Virus record (IMG/VR): IMGVR_UViG_3300025849_000031
Coordinates: 3,508 to 67,507 of that record
DNA: 64,000 nt
Direction: 5' to 3' (one strand)
From: a virus
The position numbers and the translations under genes were made by a program. Shown here one piece after another: positions 37,450 to 46,289 of this stretch. Each line of letters begins with the position of its first letter. Position 1 is the first letter of the stretch. The notes beneath the pieces were generated by a model. The model searched no databases, was not told the DNA's origin, and was given only the letters and a program-made list of their open reading frames with translations.

Positions 37450-37722
37450 ATGAAAGCATCAATTCTTAAAGCAATCAACTCGATCGGCTCAATGGAAGAA
37501 ATGAATGACGTTATTGATCTGATTAGGTTAAAGCAGAAATCACTTAAAACTGAAGCTAGTCGTTCAGTGAAATCTACAATTATGAGAGGCTCAAAGGTTA
37601 CAGTTTCTGGTCGAAAAGCAAATGGTATTGGTACGATTTTGGATATCAAACGTACTAAGGCTATTGTTGAAATCAACGGTGAACGTTGGAATGTTCCACT
37701 AACTTTAATCCAAGCTGCTTAA
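37450..37722 (+). CDS. Early hypothetical protein (possible SH3-like C-terminus)
   Basis: Starts exactly at the cassette leader ATG. Confidence 0.7.
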   Translation: MKASILKAINSIGSMEEMNDVIDLIRLKQKSLKTEASRSVKSTIMRGSKVTVSGRKANGIGTILDIKRTKAIVEINGERWNVPLTLIQAA

Positions 37723-37768
37723 TCGCAGCTTCATCCTCCTCCCCTTTGAATTATAGAGAGAATATATT

Positions 37769-37957
37769 ATGAATAAAGAATTACTTGAAAGAGAATCATA
37801 CAACGAGCAGATGGCTGAGCAACGAGCGAATGGCATTGCGGTTATCACATTCGATGAGTGGCAAGCTCGCAACAAAGCTCGTGCTGAGTTCTTTAAGAAT
37901 TGGAATGCGGTTAGAGAAGAGACCGCTGAAATGGTTGCTGAAGCGAGGTGTTCATAA
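37769..37957 (+). CDS. Hypothetical protein
   Basis: 62 aa ORF with atattATG start context. Confidence 0.6.
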   Translation: MNKELLERESYNEQMAEQRANGIAVITFDEWQARNKARAEFFKNWNAVREETAEMVAEARCS

Positions 37958-38251
37958 TTGAATAGCTTTCAAATGGTTAAAGATACCCTTAACGATATTG
38001 TACGAGAAGAGGCTGCCGCATATGAAGAGCAGATCAAAAGTTATCGTAGAACTATCAATACTCATGCAACCCCTTGGCAAAAAGAATCATATGAGAAGGC
38101 TATAGGTTTCGGTTGGTATTTAACCTTTGTAGATTTTATTGGCAATTCATGTGATGATATAACAATTCAATTAGAGAGATCTGATAATAAGAAGACTCTA
38201 ATTATTAATCGTGATGGTTCATCTTCACGCAAAACCCGACTATTTGATTAA
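37958..38251 (+). CDS. Hypothetical protein
   Basis: 97 aa, TTG start abutting the upstream stop. Confidence 0.55.
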   Translation: MNSFQMVKDTLNDIVREEAAAYEEQIKSYRRTINTHATPWQKESYEKAIGFGWYLTFVDFIGNSCDDITIQLERSDNKKTLIINRDGSSSRKTRLFD

Positions 38252-38261
38252 GGAATATATT

Positions 38262-38579
38262 ATGAGAAGCAAATCTTTTGTTTTTACTGCTGATATTAAT
38301 TCAGTATGGGACATGCAGCAAATTGCAATGTTAAGATCTTCAATTAAAAGAGTTAATGCACTGGCTAAAGAAACTGATCATATGAACGAATATCGATATG
38401 ATCATGGCTATGATGATATTTTAACTCCAGAACTCCCAAGGTATCGGGTTTCATTGATGCCTCGTGGTCCTCGTAGAGCAGCTGCTATTGCTGACGGCCG
38501 TAGCCCAAGATCTTATGATTCAACTCTACCAATTAGACATGCTGAAACGATTGATGTATACATTCATGAAAGAAGGTAA
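38262..38579 (+). CDS. Hypothetical protein
   Basis: AAGGA RBS; RGPR...DVYIH motif. Confidence 0.6.
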   Translation: MRSKSFVFTADINSVWDMQQIAMLRSSIKRVNALAKETDHMNEYRYDHGYDDILTPELPRYRVSLMPRGPRRAAAIADGRSPRSYDSTLPIRHAETIDVYIHERR

Positions 38580-38583
38580 TATT

Positions 38584-38691
38584 ATGAACGAAGAAAATAC
38601 TGTACCTGAAGATGTAAGAGAAGAAGATCTTTGTATTTGTGGCGAACTTCTTACTCAAGATCATTATGAACACATGGCTAAAGGACATTAA
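38584..38691 (+). CDS. Small protein with CxC/His (35 aa)
   Basis: AAGG RBS; MNEENTVPEDVREEDLCICGELLTQDHYEHMAKGH. Confidence 0.45.
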   Translation: MNEENTVPEDVREEDLCICGELLTQDHYEHMAKGH

Positions 38692-38692
38692 T

Positions 38693-39073
38693 ATGACTGA
38701 TTCAAACGTAAAATTATTACATAACTCTTTACAAACTCCTGATGGTACTATATTGGTTTCACGCAGTCGACATGATTATACATCATATGAAGATGCTAAT
38801 GGTAAAACATATATGATTGATGGTGGTTTAGATTATGTCAGATGCTCTGCCAATGGGGATGAAGTACACTTGACCGTATGGTCTGATAACTCACACGAAA
38901 CAATCCGTGAACGAGTTGAGTGGGGTACTTATGGTCCAAATGGAGATCAACCTCTTAAGTATGTCAAAATTAAAGATATGACAACCGAGCATCTTGAAGC
39001 TTGTGTAAGAACTCAGCCAGGTGCTAAAATGTTTGATGTATTTGTTACCGAACTAACCTATAGGGGATCATAG
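38693..39073 (+). CDS. Conserved phage hypothetical protein
   Basis: SRSRHDY...MIDGGLDYVR, WGTYG..GDQPLKY, MTTEHL motifs. Confidence 0.7.
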   Translation: MTDSNVKLLHNSLQTPDGTILVSRSRHDYTSYEDANGKTYMIDGGLDYVRCSANGDEVHLTVWSDNSHETIRERVEWGTYGPNGDQPLKYVKIKDMTTEHLEACVRTQPGAKMFDVFVTELTYRGS

Positions 39074-39075
39074 TC

Positions 39076-39216
39076 GTGCATGAATTGCTAGACGGATTGT
39101 ATGGATTATTCCTCGCCGTAGGTTGTTTAGTAGGATATATCGCCGTGTGTGACTTATATAGTCATGTAAAACGTAGAATTATTAATAAGAGATATGGTTA
39201 TGATCGAAAATCCTGA
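39076..39216 (+). CDS. Small single-TM protein (46 aa)
   Basis: GTG start; hydrophobic N-half and basic C-half; fills the gap. Confidence 0.4.
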   Translation: MHELLDGLYGLFLAVGCLVGYIAVCDLYSHVKRRIINKRYGYDRKS

Positions 39217-39376
39217 CATCGCCCGATTTATAATATTTGCATTTTGTGCAGCCGGCGCATCATATACATCATATATGCGAGGTGTAGTGGTAGGTGCTGA
39301 ACAAACAATAGATATTTTAGAAGCATCGCAAATCATTCAAGTAAATGACAATGGAGAAATAGAACCGTATAAATAG
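39194..39376 (+). CDS. Small membrane protein
   Basis: 60 aa with one hydrophobic segment. Confidence 0.55.
   Translation: MVMIENPDIARFIIFAFCAAGASYTSYMRGVVVGAEQTIDILEASQIIQVNDNGEIEPYK
39368..39375 (+). promoter_or_regulatory. T4-type late promoter heading the internal-protein block
   Basis: Exact TATAAATA about 30 nt upstream of the 39407 start. Confidence 0.75.
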
Positions 39377-39406
39377 TTATAATACTAGTATTACTAAGAG
39401 GTTCGC

Positions 39407-40792
39407 ATGATCAATTTTAATAGCTATCAGCCGATTACCGAAGGCGTCAAGCTTACACCTGCAGAGTTAACTAAACCTAATGGTGTCACGGGGGAAGATC
39501 GAGTTGATATTCTACTTCGCCTCATTAAAGATGGAAAGCCATTAGAGTTAGCTAAGGGTGGAACATTCGTTGTCACTGATATTGAACATGCTGTTGCTGG
39601 CATTGAAGCTTGGAAGAAAAATAAGTCTGATAAAAAACAAGCAATTGCTCTTAAAGGCGATAACGATGCGTTTATCACATCGTCTGATCTTAAGAAGGCT
39701 AAAGTCTTTGGTGGTGGGGGTGGTGCTGGAGGCGGTACTCTAAATACCAAAAATACTGAATCTCATCAGTGTGTAATGATCCAGGCAATGTTAGATCATG
39801 GCATTCAATCTGAAGAGTTCTTCACGGATGATATAATGAAAGCTGCTTATAAAAAGGTATTCGTTGATGCATCACTTGATGAAGTACTAAGTGTAGGTGA
39901 CAACTGGATAGCCTCTTCATATCAATCAGCCATGTTGCTTATTAAGAATGGTTATGTTAACAAAGGTATGACCTTCCATCGTGGCGACAAAGTCATGGCT
40001 CAAATCTATGCTAAAAAGAATATTGCATTTAAGAACAGTGGATTCCCTAATCTAAAAGATGATAAGTGGAATCCTGGTGATATCTGGGCTGTAGCAAAGA
40101 ATTTTAATGTTAAGAAAGAACTTGGCGATGACAGTGTTAAAACCCTCAACCTTGATATCCTAGAGCATTTCGTCAATCGTCGATTGGTTGGTATATCACT
40201 TAAGATAGTTAAGAAGAAAGGTAAGTTTGTCGAAATGAATGTTCAACGTCCACCCGATGTAGATGATCATAAAGTAAAAGAGATCTTATTACAAGGTAAA
40301 AGCCGTGGTGATTTTTGGTCTACTAAAGGCGGAACGGTTGTATACGATGTAGGTGAACTTATGCTTAAGGATAATAGCGCTGGTGGATCTGTTAAGATGG
40401 AACTCAAAGGTAAGACTGCTCGAGGGGGTGGTGCCGGTTGGGGTATCATAATGGATGCTATGAAGCAAGTCTTTGGTCGCGCTCCTGCTCCTAAGTTTAA
40501 AGCTGACGTATTCTCTGTTGCTAAAAAGATCGTAAAAGGTGATAAGAAATCAATTGAAAAGTTTTGGAAGATGTATAACCACTTCTATTCAAACGATACC
40601 TATGAAAACTTCTTAGCTAATCTAGAAAAGAAAGACCAGTTTTGGATTTCAGCCAAGCTAGGTGTTATGATTATATGTTATGAAGTATCAAAAAATACAG
40701 GCCCTAAGTCGAATAGGCTTATTACTAAGGTTGTTAACTATGCTGGATCAAAGGCAGAAGATTCAAGCTCGTACATTAAGGTATATGAATAA
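39407..40792 (+). CDS. Restriction-endonuclease-like PD-(D/E)xK protein with capsid-targeting-like leader
   Basis: TESHQC...WNPGDIW...GISLK catalytic-like pattern; leader MINFNSYQPITE. Confidence 0.55.
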   Translation: MINFNSYQPITEGVKLTPAELTKPNGVTGEDRVDILLRLIKDGKPLELAKGGTFVVTDIEHAVAGIEAWKKNKSDKKQAIALKGDNDAFITSSDLKKAKVFGGGGGAGGGTLNTKNTESHQCVMIQAMLDHGIQSEEFFTDDIMKAAYKKVFVDASLDEVLSVGDNWIASSYQSAMLLIKNGYVNKGMTFHRGDKVMAQIYAKKNIAFKNSGFPNLKDDKWNPGDIWAVAKNFNVKKELGDDSVKTLNLDILEHFVNRRLVGISLKIVKKKGKFVEMNVQRPPDVDDHKVKEILLQGKSRGDFWSTKGGTVVYDVGELMLKDNSAGGSVKMELKGKTARGGGAGWGIIMDAMKQVFGRAPAPKFKADVFSVAKKIVKGDKKSIEKFWKMYNHFYSNDTYENFLANLEKKDQFWISAKLGVMIICYEVSKNTGPKSNRLITKVVNYAGSKAEDSSSYIKVYE

Positions 40793-41166
40793 TGGATAAG
40801 TTCTTAGAGTATTACGACGAAAAAAGTAACTTTGGTTTATATGAGGGAACTCGTGTCCCATTGGATAGCCCAATGATTGAAGCATCTGAACCAGAACTCA
40901 ATTCACCAAAGCGTAGCAGCGGTAAAAAGAAATACGTTGTATATGTAAATAATCCTAAAACCGGTAATGTTAAGAAGATCGAGTTTGGTGATGAGAAAGG
41001 TGGACTTACATCAAAGATTAGTGATAGAGATGCAGCAAGAAACTTTGCAGCTCGTCATAACTGTGATACTAAAACTGATAAAACAAAAGCAGGCTATTGG
41101 GCATGTCGTTTACCAAAGTATGCAAGCAATTTGGGATTAAAAGGTGGTGGAAATTATTTCTGGTAA
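40792..41166 (+). CDS. Conserved hypothetical protein, probable internal virion protein
   Basis: Leader MDKFLEYYDE; KKIEFGD...NFAARHNC...AGYWAC motif. Confidence 0.65.
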   Translation: MDKFLEYYDEKSNFGLYEGTRVPLDSPMIEASEPELNSPKRSSGKKKYVVYVNNPKTGNVKKIEFGDEKGGLTSKISDRDAARNFAARHNCDTKTDKTKAGYWACRLPKYASNLGLKGGGNYFW

Positions 41167-41407
41167 TCCATACGTTGATAATGGTAACATAAGAACATTC
41201 GATATTAATCAACCAGCTACAGATTATGTGTGGCACCGAGATCAAGAAGATCGAACAATTAAAATACTAGAAGGCGAAGGTTGGCAATTGCAAATAGAAA
41301 CTTGCTTACCTTTTCTCTTAAATGTAAATGAAGAGATTACTATACCACGTGGAGTATATCATCGACTCATAAAAGGTTATAACACATTAAGGATAGAAAT
41401 TATATGA
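41144..41407 (+). CDS. Cupin-fold small protein
   Basis: WHRD...ILEG and IPRGVYHRLI cupin motifs. Confidence 0.65.
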   Translation: MVEIISGNPYVDNGNIRTFDINQPATDYVWHRDQEDRTIKILEGEGWQLQIETCLPFLLNVNEEITIPRGVYHRLIKGYNTLRIEII

Positions 41408-42648
41408 GATCATTAAAAGGCTATCTATCAGAAGCTGCTGGTAAGAATACTCACATGACCCATATTGAGGACCTTGTTCTCGATGGTGGTGTAAAAGGTG
41501 CTCGTCAAGCAATCAATGCATTGCGTTCTTTACGTGATATGTTATCTGGTAGTGCTAAGAGTTCTACTGATGTAACCGTTAAGTGGGACGGAGCTCCTGC
41601 TGTGTTTGCTGGTGAAGATCCAATTACCGGTGAGTTCTTTGTTGCAAAGAAAGGTGTATTCAATGCCAACCCTAAAGTATATAAGAGCCATGCAGAGATT
41701 GATGCAGACACCTCTGGTGACCTCTCTAAGAAGTTAAAGATGGCCTTTGATAATCTAAAGGGGTTAGGTATTAAAGGTGTTATTCAAGGTGACTTCATGT
41801 ATGATAAGTCAGACCTTGGATCGGAAACAATTGATGGAGTAAAGTATACTACTTTCCATCCTAATACGATTGTCTATGCTGTACCAAAAGGCAGTGCAAT
41901 GGAGAAAGAAATATCCAAAGCTGAGATCGGTATTGTATGGCATACTGTATATACTGGTGCAACATACGAAACAATGAGAGCTGAGTTTGGTAGATCAATT
42001 GCTTCTAAACTTAAGCCATCAAGCAAAGTGTGGTCAGTTGATGCTACGCTTCCTGATCTATCTGGTACCGCTACGATGACAGCAAAGGAAACTGCGGCGG
42101 TCACTGCTCATCTATCAAATGCTGGTAAGTTATTTAGAGAAATCTCTGGTAGTGTATTAAAAGAGATCGAACAGAATAAAGAATTGAATCTAATCATTAA
42201 TACATATAATAATACAAAGGTTAGAGCAAATGTCCGTATCACTAATACTGAAGCACATACAAAAGGTTTAATTGATTTTGTTAATCAACGATATGCTAAA
42301 CAGATTGATAAACTAAAGTCAGATAAAGGTAAGCAAAAGAAAGAAACACAGCGTGATGAATTATTAAAGTTTTTTGACAAAAAGAACATAAAAACATTGA
42401 AAAAAGTGTTCGATTTGCAAAATTCTGTGGTAGATGCAAAATTAATTATTATAAATAAACTAAACGGTCTATCAAATATTAATACATTTGTTAAGACTAG
42501 TTCCGGATTTAAGGTAACCAACCCTGAAGGTTTTGTTGCTATAGATCGTATGGAAGGTGGCGCTGTAAAGTTAGTTGATCGATTAGAATTTTCGACTAAC
42601 AATTTCAGTAAAGATATTATTAAAGGGTGGGACTCTCCGAGTCGATAA
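41404..42648 (+). CDS. ATP-dependent ligase-like nucleotidyltransferase with capsid-targeting-like leader
   Basis: KWDG (motif I), IQGDF (III), PEGFV (IV), VKLVDR (V); leader MRSLKGYLSE. Confidence 0.6.
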   Translation: MRSLKGYLSEAAGKNTHMTHIEDLVLDGGVKGARQAINALRSLRDMLSGSAKSSTDVTVKWDGAPAVFAGEDPITGEFFVAKKGVFNANPKVYKSHAEIDADTSGDLSKKLKMAFDNLKGLGIKGVIQGDFMYDKSDLGSETIDGVKYTTFHPNTIVYAVPKGSAMEKEISKAEIGIVWHTVYTGATYETMRAEFGRSIASKLKPSSKVWSVDATLPDLSGTATMTAKETAAVTAHLSNAGKLFREISGSVLKEIEQNKELNLIINTYNNTKVRANVRITNTEAHTKGLIDFVNQRYAKQIDKLKSDKGKQKKETQRDELLKFFDKKNIKTLKKVFDLQNSVVDAKLIIINKLNGLSNINTFVKTSSGFKVTNPEGFVAIDRMEGGAVKLVDRLEFSTNNFSKDIIKGWDSPSR

Positions 42649-42679
42649 CCTTTAGATGGGAACCGAGGAAATAAAAAGA

Positions 42680-44305
42680 ATGGCGTATAATCCAAAACGC
42701 TTTAGTGAATATTTATCTGAAGAAACGAAAGACATCACATTCGTATTTGGTCGATTTAATCCACCAACGAATGGTCATGAGAAAGTGTTTGATGCTTTAA
42801 AGAAAACAGCTGGCTCTGGTCAATTTAGAATATATGCTTCACAGTCAAATGATCCTAAGAAGAATCCTCTTAAGTTTAAAGAAAAAATCAAATTTCTTCG
42901 TAAAATGTTTCCTAAGTATGCACGAAACATTATGAGCGATTCTAATATCCGTACAGTATTTGATATTGTTGTTCGTCTATATGATCAGGGTTTCACCAAA
43001 GTCAATATGGTTGTTGGTGAAGATCGTTTAACAGAATTCGATAAGTTATTAAACAAATACAATGGCGAAAAGGGTCGTCATGGTTTCTATCAGTTTGAAG
43101 GTGGTATTAGCGTCATTAGTGCTGGCGCAAGAGATCCTGATTCAGATGATGTGTCTGGTATGAGTGCATCTAAGCTAAGAGCCGCTGCTGTAGCAAATGA
43201 TTTTGCATCATTCAGTAAAGGTATGCCATCATCATATAAAGATGGTAAAGAATTATTCAATGCTATTCGTAAAGGTATGGGTCTTAAAGAGTCTCATAAG
43301 CATCGTAAGCATATCCAATTAGAAACAGTATCAGAAGAACGCGAACAGTATAAGGCTGGTAAGTTATTCTCTGAAGGTGATACTGTTGTTGTAAAAGAAT
43401 CAAATGATGTTGGTACACTCACAATGACTGGTGCCAATTATGTATTAGTTGAATTTGCAAATGGCAGCAAGAAACGTTGTTGGTTAGATTCAATTGAAAA
43501 GTTAGAAGAAGATTACTATGCAGATATGAGCAAATCAACTGCAGACAAACGTAAAGCACAATTTAAAAAGCAAGCTGATATGGATGATGATAATCCAGCA
43601 GCTTATAAGCCAGCTCCTGGTGATGCTACAGGTGAGACTAAGCCATCTAAACATACTAAGAAGTATAAGCAAATGTTTGGTGAAGATGATCTTGAAGAAA
43701 AGAAAATTGCTGGTCTTGTTAAGAAAGCAGATAAATCGGGCATGCCATACGGTATACTTAAAAAGGTATATGATCGTGGAATGGCTGCATGGAGAACTGG
43801 TCACCGTCCTGGTACTACTCCACAACAATGGGCATTCGCTCGAGTTAATTCATTCGTTACTAAGTCAAAAGGTACATGGGGCAAAGCTGATAAAGACTTA
43901 GCCGCTAAGGTACGTGGTGAATCAACTGTTAAAGAATATTACGAGTATGGTTCAGATGAATATACCAAACATGTAAAAGGTATGACTCCTGGTCAACTCG
44001 ATGAAGTAATGGCAATTACTCAGTTTCCTAAACTAGATCGCTATATCGATCGTACTCTGAAAAAGCCAATATATAAAAAGGCTGTACGATTCTATCTTGA
44101 TCTACGTAAAAAATCATCAGGTGATACTGATAATGCTAAAAAGATGATGATGAAAACTGCTAAGATTACCGGTCTTGATTACAAAAACTTAAGCGTGGTC
44201 TTTCATGATATGATTAAGAAAGATTTACTCCCACAACACTTAGCATTTGAAGAAGAATCTTCAAAATCGTTTAAAGATTACTTAAAGGACAATAACAATG
44301 ATTAA
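42680..44305 (+). CDS. HxGH nucleotidyltransferase (cytidylyltransferase/NMNAT-like) fused to small basic domains
   Basis: FGRFNPPTNGHEK, VVGEDR, SGMSASKLR; C-terminal KKVYDRGMAAW...QWAFARVNSF domain; leader MAYNPKRFSEYLSEE. Confidence 0.72.
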   Translation: MAYNPKRFSEYLSEETKDITFVFGRFNPPTNGHEKVFDALKKTAGSGQFRIYASQSNDPKKNPLKFKEKIKFLRKMFPKYARNIMSDSNIRTVFDIVVRLYDQGFTKVNMVVGEDRLTEFDKLLNKYNGEKGRHGFYQFEGGISVISAGARDPDSDDVSGMSASKLRAAAVANDFASFSKGMPSSYKDGKELFNAIRKGMGLKESHKHRKHIQLETVSEEREQYKAGKLFSEGDTVVVKESNDVGTLTMTGANYVLVEFANGSKKRCWLDSIEKLEEDYYADMSKSTADKRKAQFKKQADMDDDNPAAYKPAPGDATGETKPSKHTKKYKQMFGEDDLEEKKIAGLVKKADKSGMPYGILKKVYDRGMAAWRTGHRPGTTPQQWAFARVNSFVTKSKGTWGKADKDLAAKVRGESTVKEYYEYGSDEYTKHVKGMTPGQLDEVMAITQFPKLDRYIDRTLKKPIYKKAVRFYLDLRKKSSGDTDNAKKMMMKTAKITGLDYKNLSVVFHDMIKKDLLPQHLAFEEESSKSFKDYLKDNNND

Positions 44306-45182
44306 ATTTAAAGCTATACGAGAAGCACGAGCTATACGAGAAGCACTTAAAAATCCGTATAAAGGAAAGCCTGAACGCGATCTAAAGCGTAAGCTTGCTT
44401 CTTTCGAAACTCAATTAGCAGACTTAATTAAAAAGAGCCGTTTCCGTCAACGACCAGAAATCGAAGGTGAAATCCAAGATATGGAAACAAAAGTACAGCA
44501 AGTAAGAGCTGCATTAGGTCTAAGGGAAGATGTTAATGAAGCAAAATATAATGATAACGATCTTGTTCATATTGCTAAAGCAAATGTTCGTGGAAATAAT
44601 AATCCAAAGACCGATAAAATTATTGGTTATAGTAAAGCACCTAAAAACCCAAATAAATTTCCTAATCCAAAATCAGGCGCAAATGCTATAATGCGTATCG
44701 GTGATGCAAAGAAAAAAGGCTTTATGGTCGAAAGTATTGATGAAGCATTTTCAAGCTTTGCTGTTCCAATTCCTTCGCAAACGCTAAATGGTAAGAAAAT
44801 TGGTGGCGGTAAAACACCTATTATAGTAAAGGCCAGAACAGCAAGAGAAGCAATTCAGAAAGCTGCTAAGCAATTAGGTGTCGATTTTAAATTCCTTAAG
44901 ACTGGTAAAGTAGTAAAAGAAGGTCTTGAAGAATCAGTTGCTCTTGATGAAGCCTTTAAACGAATTCCTGGCAATATGATTAATGGTGAATTACCTAGAG
45001 CAGCAAAGGATCTCGAATCAGTATTAAGAGGTCTGAAAGCTGGTAATGATTTTGACGAAAAGGCCTTCAACAAAGTTTTGGCTGCACTAAATAACATTAA
45101 AAAGTCAGCTAAAAGTTTTAAAAGCGCAGACGATGTTACAACACCATACCAATATCGTGCTGATCCGCGATATAAGAAGTAA
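44298..45182 (+). CDS. Probable internal head polyprotein
   Basis: Leader MIKFKAIREARAIREA; basic modules separated by xxE linkers. Confidence 0.55.
   Translation: MIKFKAIREARAIREALKNPYKGKPERDLKRKLASFETQLADLIKKSRFRQRPEIEGEIQDMETKVQQVRAALGLREDVNEAKYNDNDLVHIAKANVRGNNNPKTDKIIGYSKAPKNPNKFPNPKSGANAIMRIGDAKKKGFMVESIDEAFSSFAVPIPSQTLNGKKIGGGKTPIIVKARTAREAIQKAAKQLGVDFKFLKTGKVVKEGLEESVALDEAFKRIPGNMINGELPRAAKDLESVLRGLKAGNDFDEKAFNKVLAALNNIKKSAKSFKSADDVTTPYQYRADPRYKK
44312..44346 (+). repeat. Two-copy tandem repeat, 18-bp period
   Basis: agctatacgagaagcac twice, encoding AIREAR-AIREAL. Confidence 0.85.
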
Positions 45183-45211
45183 TAAATTAAACTTAAAATA
45201 AAGGATTTAAC

Positions 45212-45748
45212 ATGAAACAATTTACACAAATTAGAGAAGAGTTACAAGAAAAGGCATACCGACCGACTGGTTCAATGTCTCAGCTAGGTAACTTAGTAGC
45301 TCAGGCATTTAAAAAGCACATTGAAAAGGTCAAGATGTCTCAGGTCGATGAAAAGAAGCTCACTAAAATGTGGGGCGACTGGTGCGCTAAAACAGGTTCT
45401 GCTTTAATTCTTGATTATATTTCAAAGGCAGAAAAGAAAGCTAAAGTTGAACCTGGTACCTTTGGTGTTGCTGGTATAAAGGGTAAAAAGTTTGGTAAGT
45501 TTGTAAAAGAACCAAGCTATTCTACAGAAAATCAAGATTATTACTTACTAAGCAACGATTTCGTAGCAATGCTCCAAGGTAGTCAAGATGCTAAAGAGCT
45601 TAAGAATATGACTAAAGCTATGAAAGGTTCTTATAAGAGCACAGCTGCTGGTACTCTTGATAGCTTATCTGGTGGTGACGCTAAGTTCTCTTCAGGTGCT
45701 ACAATCGAAATTAGAGATACATTTGGTATCATCATAGACGATAAGTAA
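45212..45748 (+). CDS. Hypothetical protein, probable internal virion protein
   Basis: Leader MKQFTQIREELQE. Confidence 0.6.
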   Translation: MKQFTQIREELQEKAYRPTGSMSQLGNLVAQAFKKHIEKVKMSQVDEKKLTKMWGDWCAKTGSALILDYISKAEKKAKVEPGTFGVAGIKGKKFGKFVKEPSYSTENQDYYLLSNDFVAMLQGSQDAKELKNMTKAMKGSYKSTAAGTLDSLSGGDAKFSSGATIEIRDTFGIIIDDK

Positions 45749-45750
45749 TA

Positions 45751-46044
45751 ATGATTAAATTTAAAGACTTTATAGCAGAAGCTAAAATCAAATGGAAGAA
45801 AGTTCCAGATGGTTATGGTCCTGGTAATAAAAGAGTATTTAAGCATGTAACTGCAGACGGTAAGTTTGAGATTCGGTTATCTGGCATGGATTCTATGAAG
45901 TTTAATAAAGATGGTAGTCAAAAAGTACTGCCTACCATCTTTGATAATAGTGGTCATACACCAAGGCATCCAATCATAGCTTACAAGAATGTTGGTATGG
46001 CTAAGAAAGAAGTTCAACGCTGGCGAGATGACCACGGAGTTTAA
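45751..46044 (+). CDS. Basic small protein, probable internal virion protein
   Basis: Leader MIKFKDFIAE. Confidence 0.65.
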   Translation: MIKFKDFIAEAKIKWKKVPDGYGPGNKRVFKHVTADGKFEIRLSGMDSMKFNKDGSQKVLPTIFDNSGHTPRHPIIAYKNVGMAKKEVQRWRDDHGV

Positions 46045-46046
46045 CT

Positions 46047-46289
46047 GTGATAGCTTTTAAAGATTTTATAGCAGAAGGCGAAGGTAAGCATAAGGGCGAA
46101 GGCTACGAAGCGGGCTTTAAGCGTCGTGTAGTAAAGACTACTAAGCCTGAACATAAAGAGAAAGGGTTTAATTGGAGAATCAAAGGTAAAGAAAGACCTG
46201 AGGTTACTATTAAGCTATATAAAACTAAACCTGATTTTGCTGAATTTAAAAAGCAAATGAAAAGAGTGGCAGGACACGAGTTTGGATAA
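46047..46289 (+). CDS. Basic small protein, probable internal virion protein
   Basis: GTG start; leader MIAFKDFIAE. Confidence 0.65.
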   Translation: MIAFKDFIAEGEGKHKGEGYEAGFKRRVVKTTKPEHKEKGFNWRIKGKERPEVTIKLYKTKPDFAEFKKQMKRVAGHEFG

